Of a stretch of DNA of 64,000 nt, positions 41,793-58,072 are shown one piece after another. Location of the stretch: positions 310,001 to 374,000 of the forward strand of contig OZ024760.1 in NCBI GenBank assembly GCA_964016885.1, in the 5' to 3' direction. A program made the translations under genes and the position numbers. The first letter of the stretch is position 1; every line of letters starts with the position of its first letter. The notes beneath the pieces are model-generated. The model did not search any database. It worked only from the letters and a program-made list of their open reading frames with translations, and had not been told where the DNA came from. This DNA is from Eledone cirrhosa. Taxonomy: Eukaryota.

Positions 41793-42356
41793 AGACGCCG
41801 CACAAACACATATGTACACATGTTCATACTGGCATGACGTCACTTAATGAATTTTAATTAGCAATTATACAAATGATTAGTAGAATTTTCGGGAAGTGTA
41901 AAAAGAAAACAAATTAACAAGTACACGACAAGGCGAAAGTCAGAAATTCGAAGATTTTGGTAAATGAGAAGCAATAATTATCGGAATTGAAGGTAGAATT
42001 TCACTGATGTGGGAACCAGTTTGGAATCGCTGGAGGAAAAAATTGGTAATTCCAGATTTTTAGCAAGGTCTTCTTAACATATACAGCTCCACCTCCACCA
42101 CAAAAAATTATTTTGATTGAATTTCGGCGCTGGGAGTGTTGGGTGGGTGGGAAATTAAGAAAAAATTACTAACAAACCAAAACATATATAACATACTTAT
42201 GTACACACACACACACACACACACATGTATATATACACATATACAGACACATATACATACACACATATACATACACATACAAACACACTCACGTACACAC
42301 ACACACACAAAATCGACAAATATGCAACCCAAAACAGCAGGGCTATATAGATAAAT

Positions 42357-42426
<70 letters not shown>

Positions 42427-42468
42427 GCTACTACTACTACAGAAAATGAGGGCGAAAGGTAGTGTAGC

Positions 42469-42507
<39 letters not shown>

Positions 42508-42544
42508 AATACATAGTTATGTATATATATGTACAGACACGCGC

Positions 42545-42592
<48 letters not shown>

Positions 42593-42841
42593 GCCTACAT
42601 ATATATATATCTATAAACACACGCATATATTTTTAAATGTATACATACATACATATATACATATATATACATATCTATATACACACACACGCATATATAT
42701 ATATATATATTTATATACATATGGATACACACACACACACACATACACACGCCTACATATATATACACACACGCATATATTTTTAAATGTATACATACAT
42801 ACATATATACATATATATACATATCTATATACACACACACA

Positions 42842-42887
<46 letters not shown>

Positions 42888-43218
42888 CATATGGATATAC
42901 ACACACACACACACACACATACACACGCCTACATATATATACACACACGCATATATTTTAAAATGTATACATACATATATACATATATATACATATCTAT
43001 ATACACACACACACGCATATATAAATATATATATATATATATATGTAGATAAATCTACAAGAGTTTACGGTAGTGTCCAATCCGTATGAAGAACTCATAG
43101 ATCTGTTGAATATGCATGCCAATTCTAACACATATATATCCTAGAAACGATCGTTAAATAATGGACTTTTTTTGTTTAATATAAGGAACTGTTTCATTGT
43201 TTTATTCATTATTTTTTA

Positions 43219-43259
<41 letters not shown>

Positions 43260-43322
43260 TTATATACATATGTATATATATACACACACACACGCATATA
43301 TATATATATTTATATACATATG

Positions 43323-43374
<52 letters not shown>

Positions 43375-43507
43375 GAGGTGAAGGAGTGAACAGCAGAACA
43401 ATGTTAACCCCAGCTGTTGTCTTGCAATGGTGCTGAGCTTTGAGATTGGTTTTTAAGAGACTCTTGAAGAAAATACGCAACCAACAGAGTAATGTGTAAA
43501 CAAACGG

Positions 43508-43541
<34 letters not shown>

Positions 43542-43542
43542 G

Positions 43543-43574
<32 letters not shown>

Positions 43575-43634
43575 TATATGTACATATATATATATATGTA
43601 TGTATGTATATGTACATATATATATATATATGTA

Positions 43635-43694
<60 letters not shown>

Positions 43695-43710
43695 TGTATA
43701 TATATATATG

Positions 43711-43773
<63 letters not shown>

Positions 43774-43873
43774 TGTGTGTGTGTAGAGAGAGAGAGAGAA
43801 AGCGATGAAAGGAACAAACAACAAAAATAGAATTGTTTCTAAATTCTTATTTATATTAGTTTCATGTTTATCA

Positions 43874-43977
<104 letters not shown>

Positions 43978-44105
43978 TTACTACTGCGGCTGTTTTTTTC
44001 CCCATTGTTTTCCTTGAAATTCAAGTGAGCAACAAATGAAATCAAGTGATCACCAGGGTGGCGAGAAATGAGTGTATGTTTTAAAACATATTTTACATAT
44101 ATTTA

Positions 44106-44170
44106 TACGAGGTCTGTCTGAAAAGTATCAGGACTGGCCTCACAAACAATTTATTTCAATTCGATTGCTA
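44106..44170 (+). mobile_element. Solo mariner-type TIR
   Basis: TACGAGGTCTGTCTGAAAAGTATCAGGACTG. Confidence 0.5.
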
Positions 44171-44330
44171 TCCACCTCCTGTATCGAGTGCTCAATTTTG
44201 GCCTCAAAGTCTTGCTTTTTGTAGGTCACCCTCAAACCCTTTAAATCTTTTATGCCACTCGAAAATCGGAATTACGCGATATCGTTTCGTGTACATAAAA
44301 CATATTTTACATATATTTATACATATATTC

Positions 44331-44402
<72 letters not shown>

Positions 44403-44544
44403 GTGTGTGTGTGTGTGTGTATCTTATGTATGTAAGTATATATATATTTTATGCATGTATACACATATATATATATATGGATACAAGTAAACATATATAT
44501 ACATACATATACATATATATAAACATACATACATACCTATATAC

Positions 44545-44617
<73 letters not shown>

Positions 44618-44998
44618 AACACATACATATATATATTATCCATTCATACATACATACGTACATATGTACATATACACTCATTCTTTCCTAAAGTTCAACA
44701 TGAAAGTCATTCACCATTATTGTTATCTAAATTCCAGCGATTGTTTCCGTTATTTAAAAAAAAAATCCCAACTTATTCATATGAAGAATTCAAATAATTA
44801 AAAACAAAGGAAAGTTAATACACATACATAGGTTAATAAGGCAGTTTGCGGTGTAAGTAACTGCCTGATACGTAATCCAGAGAAGCTGCGTGTTAAATAA
44901 AAGGGAGAGGGAAAAGACTAATTAGAAAGTTATAATTATAAACCATTAACGGATCTGTGAAGAAAATGTAAAACATTCTAGAAGTTTAGACAATAATA

Positions 44999-45084
<86 letters not shown>

Positions 45085-45095
45085 ATGTATGTATG

Positions 45096-45207
<112 letters not shown>

Positions 45208-45291
45208 CATACAAATATATATGTGTAAGTATGTATATATATGTATGTATATATGTATATATATATACACATACATACATATATATATATG

Positions 45292-45515
<224 letters not shown>

Positions 45516-45527
45516 CATACATATATA

Positions 45528-45581
<54 letters not shown>

Positions 45582-45582
45582 C

Positions 45583-45616
<34 letters not shown>

Positions 45617-45855
45617 ACATATGTATGTATGTGTACACGTGCAGACAGGCAAACATATGTAAGTGTATACTTAAATAAGTCAAAACATAGAAATTCATAC
45701 ATGCATGCATGCACACACGTGTGTAGACAAATACAAACGCATATACGAAGGCTCACATACACACGCACACTTACACATATATGTATGTATAGAAGGGTGA
45801 AACTATTAAGATTTTGAGTGATTGTTCTCTGTGTTTGTCTTTTTAAATTTTAAAC

Positions 45856-45961
<106 letters not shown>

Positions 45962-46212
45962 TCCCGGGTTCAATCGGGGTTAACCCCAATAAGTAAGATA
46001 CTCAATACGGTAGTAGAGTGTATACAATAAATTTAATATAGAAATAGCTTCTACAGGATTAGAACTGTTTCATTCGAAGAAAATCACCAGGAAAACCTGA
46101 CTTGCATTGTAATGCGGTGGTATTTATATGTTTTCTGGTGGTTGGGGAAGGTCGTGATTTTAAGGAGGGGCAGAGGTCATTGGCTGAGGGGTGTTAAAGA
46201 ACTGGGATTATC

Positions 46213-46394
46213 GAATTGGCAGAGTTGTTAGAACGTCGGATAGAATGCTTTACGGTATTCGTTCCTTCTCTCTGCTCTCGGAGTTCAAATCCCACCGAGG
46301 TCAACTTTGCCTTTCATCCTTTTGAGGTCGATAAAATAAAGTACCAGTAATTCCTGGGATAATTGTTGACCTCGTGCCGAATGTAGAAACAATT
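46213..46394 (+). mobile_element. SINE family 1
   Basis: Head, core and tail match. Confidence 0.85.
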
Positions 46395-46768
46395 ATATAT
46401 ATATATATATAGTAATAATAAATCGGGAATTTATAAATTTTATTTCATTTATAATTTAATTTAGAATAAATTGGAGTGAAAGCAACTGGTGCGTGTGTTT
46501 CTTATTGGCAACATGACCCTCCCAAAGTATAACAATAATAATAATATTTTACTTATATATGATTTATATATAATTATAAATATGGAGGGTAGTACTATGC
46601 ACTAGCCAATACCAGTAAGAGAAAAGGCTCAATGTAAATTATCAAATGTATTACAGAGCAAAGATACAAAATATAAAACAATCAAATCTTAGTTTAATAG
46701 ATTTAATTGCTGACAATTGTCAGCAATTAAATGTATTAAACTAAGATTTAATTGTTTTATATTTTGTG

Positions 46769-47124
<356 letters not shown>

Positions 47125-47679
47125 GTTAACTGTTTCTGGTTTGGACACCGATTTTTCTACAAAATTTGAAAGATGAAACCAAATGAGGTAAATACACACA
47201 TTAGGCTCCTATTTATAGCAGATCAAATATACAACGTTGGAGCTCTCTCGTTAGCCATTCGTTGTTGTTAAATCTCAACTCAAGCTTCGTCTCGATTTTC
47301 GAGACAATGTTTATTTATTTACCTAAATCGAAATTATTTTATTTGAGAGAATGGGGAACATACATAGTAGATGGGGGCGGACATTGTATGACTAATCTAG
47401 AGGCTAAATACCTAGGTGCAGACCCTGAGTGGACCTGTGACCAAAGGTGATCCAAGCATTGCCATTTGTTTTTTTTATTTTCTTCACAGGCATACGGCAT
47501 CTTCGATTATATTATCCAATAAGTCGATCAATCCATTTTTTTCTCCTAAGATACTATTTCTAACAGTTCTATACTTAATGATTGATAGAGTACAGAACCA
47601 GTAGAACACAATATAGGTAATAAGTATGTATGGACCTGTAACTTCCGATGTAGTTGTCGATGCACCATATTGACGTATC

Positions 47680-48118
47680 AGCGTTTTGGGGGCATTTTGA
47701 ATCTAGCGGAGATCCTTCCTTACCCAGGTCTGGAACGCAGCTGATGTTTTTCAGAGAAGGAATGAAAGAAAGAGATATGGATGAAGAATCGATACTAGTA
47801 CGCGATGGATACTTTCCTATCGACTTGGAAAAGGGGGAAACGGAGATTTGACCTCGGCGTAGTTTGAATTTAGGGGGCAGAGAGTCGGAACAATTGGCGC
47901 AAAGCTTTCTATACAACATTCTAACGCCTCTGCCAATGAGAGAAAGAGATATGGATGAAAAATCGACACCAGTACGGGATGGATACATTACTATCGATCT
48001 GGTAAAGGGGAAACGGAGGTTTGACCTCGGCGCAGTTTGAATTCAGGGACCAGAGAGATGGAACGATTAGCGCAAAGCTTTCTATACAACCTTCTAACGC
48101 CTCTGCCAATTCCCTGCC
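47680..48118 (-). mobile_element. Two tandem SINE family 1-related copies, alternative tail
   Basis: Duplicated GAAAGAGATATGGATGAA...TTGACCTCGGCG..GTTTGAATT...TTCTAACGCCTCTGCCAAT. Confidence 0.7.
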
Positions 48119-48618
48119 CTAGAGGTAGGTAGTTACGTGGAGTAATAGTTAGAGCTTTCACCTGTACAGCTAAGACAGATGATTTTCCGATGCAGTCGAC
48201 TGGGTTTCGTAGTTTAAATGTCGGAGGTTTTTAGGAACACGAGAGATCATAATTGGATATTTTAATAACTTTAGTCTCCTTGGGATTTATATACACATGT
48301 ATGTTTATGTCTAATTATCTATCTGTCAATATAGATATTCACCCCCCCCCCCCGCATATATATGCATACACACATGCATATATACATGTATATATATATA
48401 TACACATACATACAAACATATATATATATGTGTGTGTACACCCCCCCCCCCCACACACATATATATATATATATATGTAAACACACATAGATATATATAT
48501 ATGTATATATAGGCGCTTGGTTGCACAAACTATAGAAAACGTGAAGACATGCGTGAAATGATATAAATATATCACCAGGATGCTACGTGAATCATACATC
48601 CACAGAGGAGAGAGAGAA

Positions 48619-48671
<53 letters not shown>

Positions 48672-48748
48672 AAGTATGACCCCGACGGCAGAGCTGAAGC
48701 CGTTTCGACGGCTATTTCTGGACTAAATTAGAATTTTTAGCCTGGTGA

Positions 48749-48787
<39 letters not shown>

Positions 48788-48791
<4 letters not shown>

Positions 48792-48972
48792 ATACTTTGG
48801 GAGGGTCATGTTGCCAATAAGAAACACACGCACCGGTTGCTTTCACTTCAATTTAAGTGAAAACAACTGGTGCGTGTGTTTCTTATTGACAACATGACCC
48901 TCCCAAAGTATAACAATATCGGTTTCAACACACGATTTCAGATAAATAATCTTGCTAAACAAATTCAGAAAC

Positions 48973-48974
<2 letters not shown>
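48788..48974. mobile_element. Family A pLTR-end fold-back
   Basis: Palindrome centred near 48851. Matches 53147-53268. Confidence 0.85.
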
Positions 48975-49021
<47 letters not shown>

Positions 49022-49289
49022 TGCCAAGTATGAAATTTGTAGAAAAAACAAAGTTTGCTAATGCCTCACTACAAATTTCATATTTACCACCCAATATACA
49101 TACATATATATATATATATATATGTATATTGGGTGGTAAATATGAAATATATATATATATATATATATATATATTCTCATATATATATATATTAAGGAAC
49201 GATCGACTTTCGTCAAATCGGACCGAGGGAACAATGTTTCCGTTGGTCTTTCCAATTGCTAATACTATCTATCGGTCGCAACTCCAGGT

Positions 49290-49414
49290 AGAAGGAGCAA
49301 CGTGAAATAAAGTGTCTTGCTCAAGGACATAACGCATCGCCTGGTCCAGGAATCGAACTCACAACCTTACGATTGCGAATCCAATTCTCTAACCACTCAG
49401 CCACACGCCTTCAC
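49290..49414 (-). mobile_element. SINE family 2 (tRNA head + CORE-like)
   Basis: The minus strand reads TGTGAAGGCGTGTGGCTGAGTGGTTAG...GAGTTCGATTCC...TGTCCTTGAGCAAGACACTT. Confidence 0.8.
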
Positions 49415-49785
49415 ATATATATATATATGAGAGAGAGAGCCGGGGATAGATAGATACACAGATTAACTCATTCAAACCCATCACACAACAATCAAACATT
49501 AATCAATTTTTCTCTATCTGCACCTCATTACAACACTATCATGTTTGGTTCCAAGATGGCGGCAATATAAGACATATTGTCTTCAGTTGTTATATAGTAT
49601 GACAATAAAAAATGTATATCCATATACACACGTAAATACACACCCATCTCTCACTTTGTCTGTGGGCTCGTGGGTATATATGTATATATATGTGCCTGTG
49701 TGTGCATATGTATATAAAAATATGTATATATAAACACACACACACACATATACACACACTTATATATATGTATATATGTGTGTTT

Positions 49786-49848
<63 letters not shown>

Positions 49849-49875
49849 TATATATATATATGTATGTATATATAT

Positions 49876-49928
<53 letters not shown>

Positions 49929-50086
49929 TATGTATATATGTGTATGTATATATATATATGTACATATATATATATGTATACACATACATATATCTGTATG
50001 TATATACGTATTTGTATGTAAATATATGTATATGTATATTTATGTATATATTTATATATATATATGTATATGTATATGTATATTTA

Positions 50087-50119
<33 letters not shown>

Positions 50120-50526
50120 GTACATATATATATATGTATACACATGCATATATGTGTGTATGTATATACGTATGTGTATGTATATATATGTATATGTATA
50201 TTTATCTATATATATATATACATATATATATGTTTATGTATACATACATACACATCCATACATATATACACATCGACACGCACATATACACATAGACACG
50301 CTCATACACACACACACGCACATACACACGCACGCACGCGCACATACACACACACACATAGATACACGTACATACATACGTACACAGATGCTGAGGGAGA
50401 TGTGTAGACCACCAAGGACGACATATGGAGGAGGCAATGATTTAGATAAGCGAAATTAAAATATTTATCGAATATATATATATATGAAAGTAAGGAATTA
50501 CGTATATGAATGTTTATACATATATA

Positions 50527-50671
<145 letters not shown>

Positions 50672-50691
50672 ATATATTTATATATATAAAT

Positions 50692-50784
<93 letters not shown>

Positions 50785-50814
50785 TATATATATATATAAT
50801 TATATATATATATT

Positions 50815-50930
<116 letters not shown>

Positions 50931-50938
50931 TATATATA

Positions 50939-50973
<35 letters not shown>

Positions 50974-50984
50974 GTATATATATT

Positions 50985-51039
<55 letters not shown>

Positions 51040-51042
51040 ATT

Positions 51043-51073
<31 letters not shown>

Positions 51074-51088
51074 ATATAAATATATATA

Positions 51089-51846
51089 GTAATAATAATA
51101 AAATTGACGACTAAAACCCAAAGAGGGCTCGATAAGGAAAATATATATCAAATATATAAGAACCGTAGAGCAAATATTTATTAAAATAAAAGATTAAAGT
51201 TTAAGCAAAGAATCGCTGCTTTCACCCTTAACGGGATCTTCTGAAACTAACAAAGTCAATCTGTAAACGCAGAAGTGGATATTTCAAAAAACGTTGCAAC
51301 CGGAGATAGACAGGAAGACGATACTTTGGTTCGTGGAAACGTTCGCTGGCAATGAACGGGAAAAAACGAATAATACGTCATTAATAGGAGTGGTGAAAAA
51401 CAATTACTCGCAAAGACAGAACCACGTTTATGGTATAAAAGAGGTCGTAGACTAATGTGCTCTTAGGTGGTGCATAGAGACGTTCTCTGGCAATGAACGA
51501 AAAAACGAAGATAATAAGTCATATGTGGAGCGTGGAGAACAATAGCACGCAAAGACAAAACCACGTAAATGGTATAGCAGAAATCGTAGACTAAAATTCT
51601 AACTAGGAGACCGAATGAATCTCCGCTACAGAGTTAAGAACAAAGTAAATAAATACAATACAGAAGTAATAGAAACAAATAAATACAAAGACGCAAACAA
51701 ATACGTACATACACAAGCATACGCAAAACCTTACCATAGGTATCCAGTTCTGCGTTTACAGATTGACTTTGTTAGTTTCAGAAGATCCCGTTAAGGGTGA
51801 AAGCAGCGATTCTTTGCTTAAACTTTAATCTGTTATTTTAATAAAT
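51089..51846. mobile_element. Family G fold-back element with variant HHR in both arms and an internal ~140-bp direct duplication
   Basis: 51175-51281 is the reverse complement of 51741-51846. Duplicated units at ~51338-51455 and ~51478-51594. Confidence 0.85.
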
Positions 51847-51862
51847 ATATATATATACATAC

Positions 51863-51966
<104 letters not shown>

Positions 51967-52245
51967 TCACAAATTTATGCATATATATATATATATAGGT
52001 ATAGATATCTATATTCATATACACATATGTATATATGTATATATATATACACTCACAAATTTATGCATATATTTATATATAGGTATAGATATCTATATGC
52101 ATATATTCATGTGTATATATATATATGTATATATATATACACTCACAAATTTATGCATATATATATATAGGTATAGATATCTATATGCATATATTCATGT
52201 GTATATATATATATATATATACGCACACACTCACAAATGTATGTA

Positions 52246-52296
<51 letters not shown>

Positions 52297-52300
<4 letters not shown>

Positions 52301-53265
52301 ATACTTTGGGAGGGTCATGTTGCCAATAAGAAACACAATAAGAAACACAATATTAAGATAGTAGAAAGACCAGGTACCTCCGTAAAAACACTTATTAGCA
52401 AGACATACCCTTTCCAAAGACCCCCCTGTATAGATAAGAAATGTATAACCTGTAAAATAAGCCCCCATATTAACTGTAAAACTAGAAATGTAGTGTATAG
52501 CAGAAGATGTACTGAAGGACAATGTAGAGACAAAAATATAGTGTACATAGGTGAGACAGCTCGTAGTGTAGGGGAACGGATAAATGAACACTGACGAGAC
52601 CTTCAAGATAGTAAAGAATCATCTGTACTCTACCAACATGCTAAAATAGAACACAAGGGTAAATTAGAGAACATAGAAATAAAAATAGAATCTACACACA
52701 GAAAAGACGCAATGTTTAGACAAATTACAGAGGCAATAAACATAAAAGAATTACAACCAAAATTAAATAGAAAATATGAGTGGAACAGCAACATCACAAC
52801 TTACAATTAAGGACAAAATGAAAACACACACACACACATAGAACAAACAACCAACCAGTAACATGTAAATAAACAAATAAATAAATGAACATAAACACAC
52901 ACAGACACCCGGATGTGGCGCATGCGCAGACTGAGCACACAACACACACACAGAAACAAAATGGCGTAGGACAGAACAAAGGAGAGGCACAGAAACAAAG
53001 AAAGGAATCCCCAGTCACTGAAGAGGTCACAGAGTGTGTGACGAAAGAACTATGACTATATGTAAACAACTATCTGGTTGTGGAACCAACCAACCAACCA
53101 GAAATTTATAAATTTATAAATTTATTATAAATTTATTATAATAAATTGAAGTGAAAGCAACTGGTGTGTGTGTTTCTCATTGGCAACATGACCCTCCCAA
53201 AGTATAACAATATCGGTTTCAACACACGATTTCAGATAAAGAATCTTGCTAAACAAATTCAGAAA

Positions 53266-53270
<5 letters not shown>
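52297..53270 (+). mobile_element. PLE family A, second truncated copy (GIY-YIG with in-frame stop) and short inverted end
   Basis: [11 protein letters not shown]...[17 protein letters not shown] is highly similar to 1400-2258. Intact HHR at 53013-53057 (AGTCA-CTGAAGA...GAAA-GAAC-TA-TGACT). Confidence 0.9.
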
Positions 53271-53344
<74 letters not shown>

Positions 53345-53362
53345 ACCACACTCACAAATTTA

Positions 53363-53403
<41 letters not shown>

Positions 53404-54378
53404 ATCTGTGTATTTTTCTGTGTATACGACGTGTGATTCCTCTATGAGCCTGCTATAGTAAATATACAAGTCTACACATACCCATACGTATATCTATATC
53501 TGTATATTTTATTAAAGCCCGAAGCTTCTCGAATGACTACCCGGAGTTTCACGTTACCGATTATTCAGTTAACTGAAGATGGGAAGCCTCGTGACATGAT
53601 ATAAGCAAAATATTCCCAAATACATCAAAATATAACTAGTTGTCAATTATATTACAGTGTTTGCTTAAAGAACTGTTTAAAAATGCGCCACTCTATTATT
53701 TATTCAATTGCTATATGCAGAATATGTTATGCACTCGCCAACTCACAAAACTACTTGACACTTACATGTCTTCGGTATCATATGTGTAAAACACACAAAA
53801 GTAAGAATCGTGAATATTGTTAGTGTAGGTTTAGGAAATACCCACAGTGTTGAGGAAATAGCCACAAACAGACAATATGCTATGAAATACATAAAGGCAA
53901 TTTCCGTATTTTTATGTGTAAGAAGAGAAAGCTACATTGCATTCACATCTGTTTATATTTGAGACTGTGATAATCTGAAAAATCAGCGTAAAATTATAAC
54001 AAACTTTTTATGTATCTAAACGATCAGTAATAAATAGCATATATATACGCTACAGAGTTCGGGAAGAAAACTCTGATCGTTCGTTTGTTTTGTCTTTCAG
54101 CTTCGCATTTGAAAATAGGGTATTAGCGCTGAAATATCATGCTAAAACCTACTCACACCACGAGTTGATCTTTTTATATGGCCGTATAGTTTGAGTACTT
54201 GACAATTGATATGTAATAAATCATATATATAATAAATCATATATGTAATAAATCATATATAATAAAATGCTTTATATATTTCTGCCAATATTATAACAAT
54301 ATGACCCTCCCCAAATATAACAATATGTGTTTCAACACACGATTTCATATAAAAACCTTGCAAAACAAATATATATAC

Positions 54379-54428
<50 letters not shown>

Positions 54429-54463
54429 ATATATATTTATTATTATTACTATATATATATATA

Positions 54464-54553
<90 letters not shown>

Positions 54554-54567
54554 ATAATAATAAATAT

Positions 54568-54601
<34 letters not shown>

Positions 54602-54611
54602 TTATTATTAT

Positions 54612-54691
<80 letters not shown>

Positions 54692-55137
54692 GTATGTGGT
54701 TGACTGCTGATAGAAAAGAGTATTCAATATACCGAAGTAGAATTCAAATATCCATTTTATCGAGGCTAAATAGGGAGTCTTGTCCGATGTCCCTGTGATA
54801 TACAGGCGAAACTCCAGAGTAACAAGGTTCAATTTTCAAAATGAATATATATATAAGTGTGTGTGTGTGCGTGTGCGTGCGCGCTTGTTCATACGTAGTC
54901 GCAGGTCCCATATTGGCTGTACGCTTTTCCACTTCAGTCAGCTTGTGTGTGTAAGTCTCTCTCTCTCTCCTACATTGTGTGTATGGTGGTGGTGGTGGTG
55001 GTGGTGGTGGTGGTGGTGGTGGTGGTGGTGGTCTACTTGTCTGACTGATCCTGGGCGTGTCCGCTTAGAATTCTGTATTTCAATCAGTAGTTTTAAAAAC
55101 CAGCCTGCCATCTGATACCAGCGGTTAGGGCAAGTGA

Positions 55138-55227
<90 letters not shown>

Positions 55228-55922
55228 TTATTAGTTATTACTTTGGGAATTCTGGGGTGGTATCCATGAGCGAAACTTTGTCATGGAGGGGAAACGATCA
55301 GTGTGTGGGAGAGGAGAGAGGCGCGTGTGGGAAGGATTTGCTTAAAATTGGAAGAAGAGGGAGAGAGAGAGAGAGCTAAAAATAGCGGAACCGAAACCAT
55401 GACCTCATAATTGCAAGGCGAACTTTTCACGTCTACCCAGCGGGGTGTCACGCAGCCTATCCGTGACTACCTAATCCAAATCTATCGTTCAGGTATGTGT
55501 TAAGTGTATATGTATATCTAACTGAAAGGTTATGTTTCCGAGGGAGTCCTAGAAGTAAGGGAACGGGCAAAAAATTATGTTTTTGGTAGGATTGCCTAGC
55601 TCACAAGGGAACGAACAATTCTAACAAAAACATCATTTTTTGTTCGTTTCCTTGAATCTAGGACTGCCTCAGAAACGTAATCTGTCTCAGTGTCTCAAAG
55701 AAACTCAATGTCGCAGTCTGATGAGATCACGAGAATGGTTAAATTATCAAATGACCAAGATCATCCTTGAAATATATATCACAGCTTTATTAATAAAGGA
55801 CTCTTTAAACATCTACAACTTCACATTTTCCTCATTCTATATATACTCCACCATCCTTAATTTGAAGAAGTAACATGACGTCGAGTGCTTGAAATGAATT
55901 GCATCATTGCTATCGTACATGC

Positions 55923-55962
<40 letters not shown>

Positions 55963-56084
55963 GTAGAACACTGGAGGGTTATATTCGTAGTAGTAGAGCA
56001 CTCAGTCCATGGGAGGTGTTTGGTAGAAGTAGTTCCACAACAGTTAGTTCACTATACCGAGAACAAATATATATATAGATATAG

Positions 56085-56410
<326 letters not shown>

Positions 56411-56733
56411 ATGTTTACACACACACACACATATATATATATATACACTCACACACACACATACATATATATATACACTCACACATACATATATATACAT
56501 ATATATATATATATGCACACACACGCACGCAGACACCCACACAAACATATATATGGGGCTGCGTTCTTGCTTAGAAGCGGTTGCAATGAGAGATGGGTGT
56601 GGTGGTACAAGAGTGGAAGAAGAAGAAGAAAAAATCGGTGCAATGATGGATATTGGTAAACAGGAAAAGTGACATGAATGGCCTGAATGGTGTGTCTGAG
56701 AGAGAGAGAGAGAGATAGCGAGTGAGAGAGAGG

Positions 56734-56814
<81 letters not shown>

Positions 56815-56889
56815 AAAGAGTGGCGGAAGAAGTGAAGCAAAACACATCTACGACGATCTTATACACATACTTTATGTTCAAACATATAT

Positions 56890-57038
<149 letters not shown>

Positions 57039-57260
57039 GGTGTAACACACGAGTTGTGATATATTAGTAAAAGGAAAAGAAAATGCTGACAAATTTTTCC
57101 CAGTGAAAAATAGTTTAATTAGGAATAAGTATAAATTAGTATAAATTAGTAATAAGTATTGGTTAGTATTCAGTTTTAGTTTTAAGTTTTTACCGGTTGC
57201 GCATTTCTAATGCTTTTCAAAAATAATTTTGAGATAGAGCGCTCGTGATCTTTGCTCTAA

Positions 57261-57324
<64 letters not shown>

Positions 57325-57335
57325 CATATGTTCAT

Positions 57336-57366
<31 letters not shown>

Positions 57367-57460
57367 CATGCATATACCTACATACCTACCAACACTCATG
57401 TATATAGATACTTAGATGCTTTCATATATACTTACACACACATGCATATACATATGCTTA

Positions 57461-57534
<74 letters not shown>

Positions 57535-57535
<1 letters not shown>

Positions 57536-57942
57536 GATATTAATAAATGGAAACTATATTTATAAAACCATATTTATTTCATTATACATATTTCAAGGAT
57601 ACCATGTTAAGTTATGGTATGCCTTCATCAGATAAAATACAATATATACCAGTTTTATAAATAAACATTGACGTACCCTTTCAAAATGCGACCGTTACTT
57701 TTGGAAGACATCAGGATAGTCAACGTTTATTTATAAAACTGGTATATATTGTATTTTATCTGATGAAGGCATACCATAACTTATATGGTATCCTTGAAAT
57801 ATGTATAATGAAATAAATATGGTTTTATAAATATAGTTTCCATTTATTAATATCGTATATTTACTCCAAATACTTGTCGGGTGCTTTATATCAGTTATAA
57901 AAATATTTGCTTGTTGTATCCTAACAATTTAAATAGAACTTT

Positions 57943-57946
<4 letters not shown>
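57535..57946. mobile_element. Fold-back HHR element family D
   Basis: Arms ~57535-57672 and ~57719-57858. The HHR reads CTGATGA-AGG-C-ATACCATA..TATGGTAT-CCTT-GAAA-TATGTATA. Confidence 0.85.
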
Positions 57947-57982
<36 letters not shown>

Positions 57983-58072
57983 CGTCAAATATCAAATTTG
58001 TAGAAATTTGTATTTTTTCTAGAAATTTCTACAAATTTCATACTTGACCACCCAATATATATATATATGTAT

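Noticed and set aside
53573-53645. HHR-like strings here and at 16191, 40875, 4967 and 9896
   Set aside because: GAAA or the closing stems are missing, so chance cannot be excluded in AT-rich DNA.
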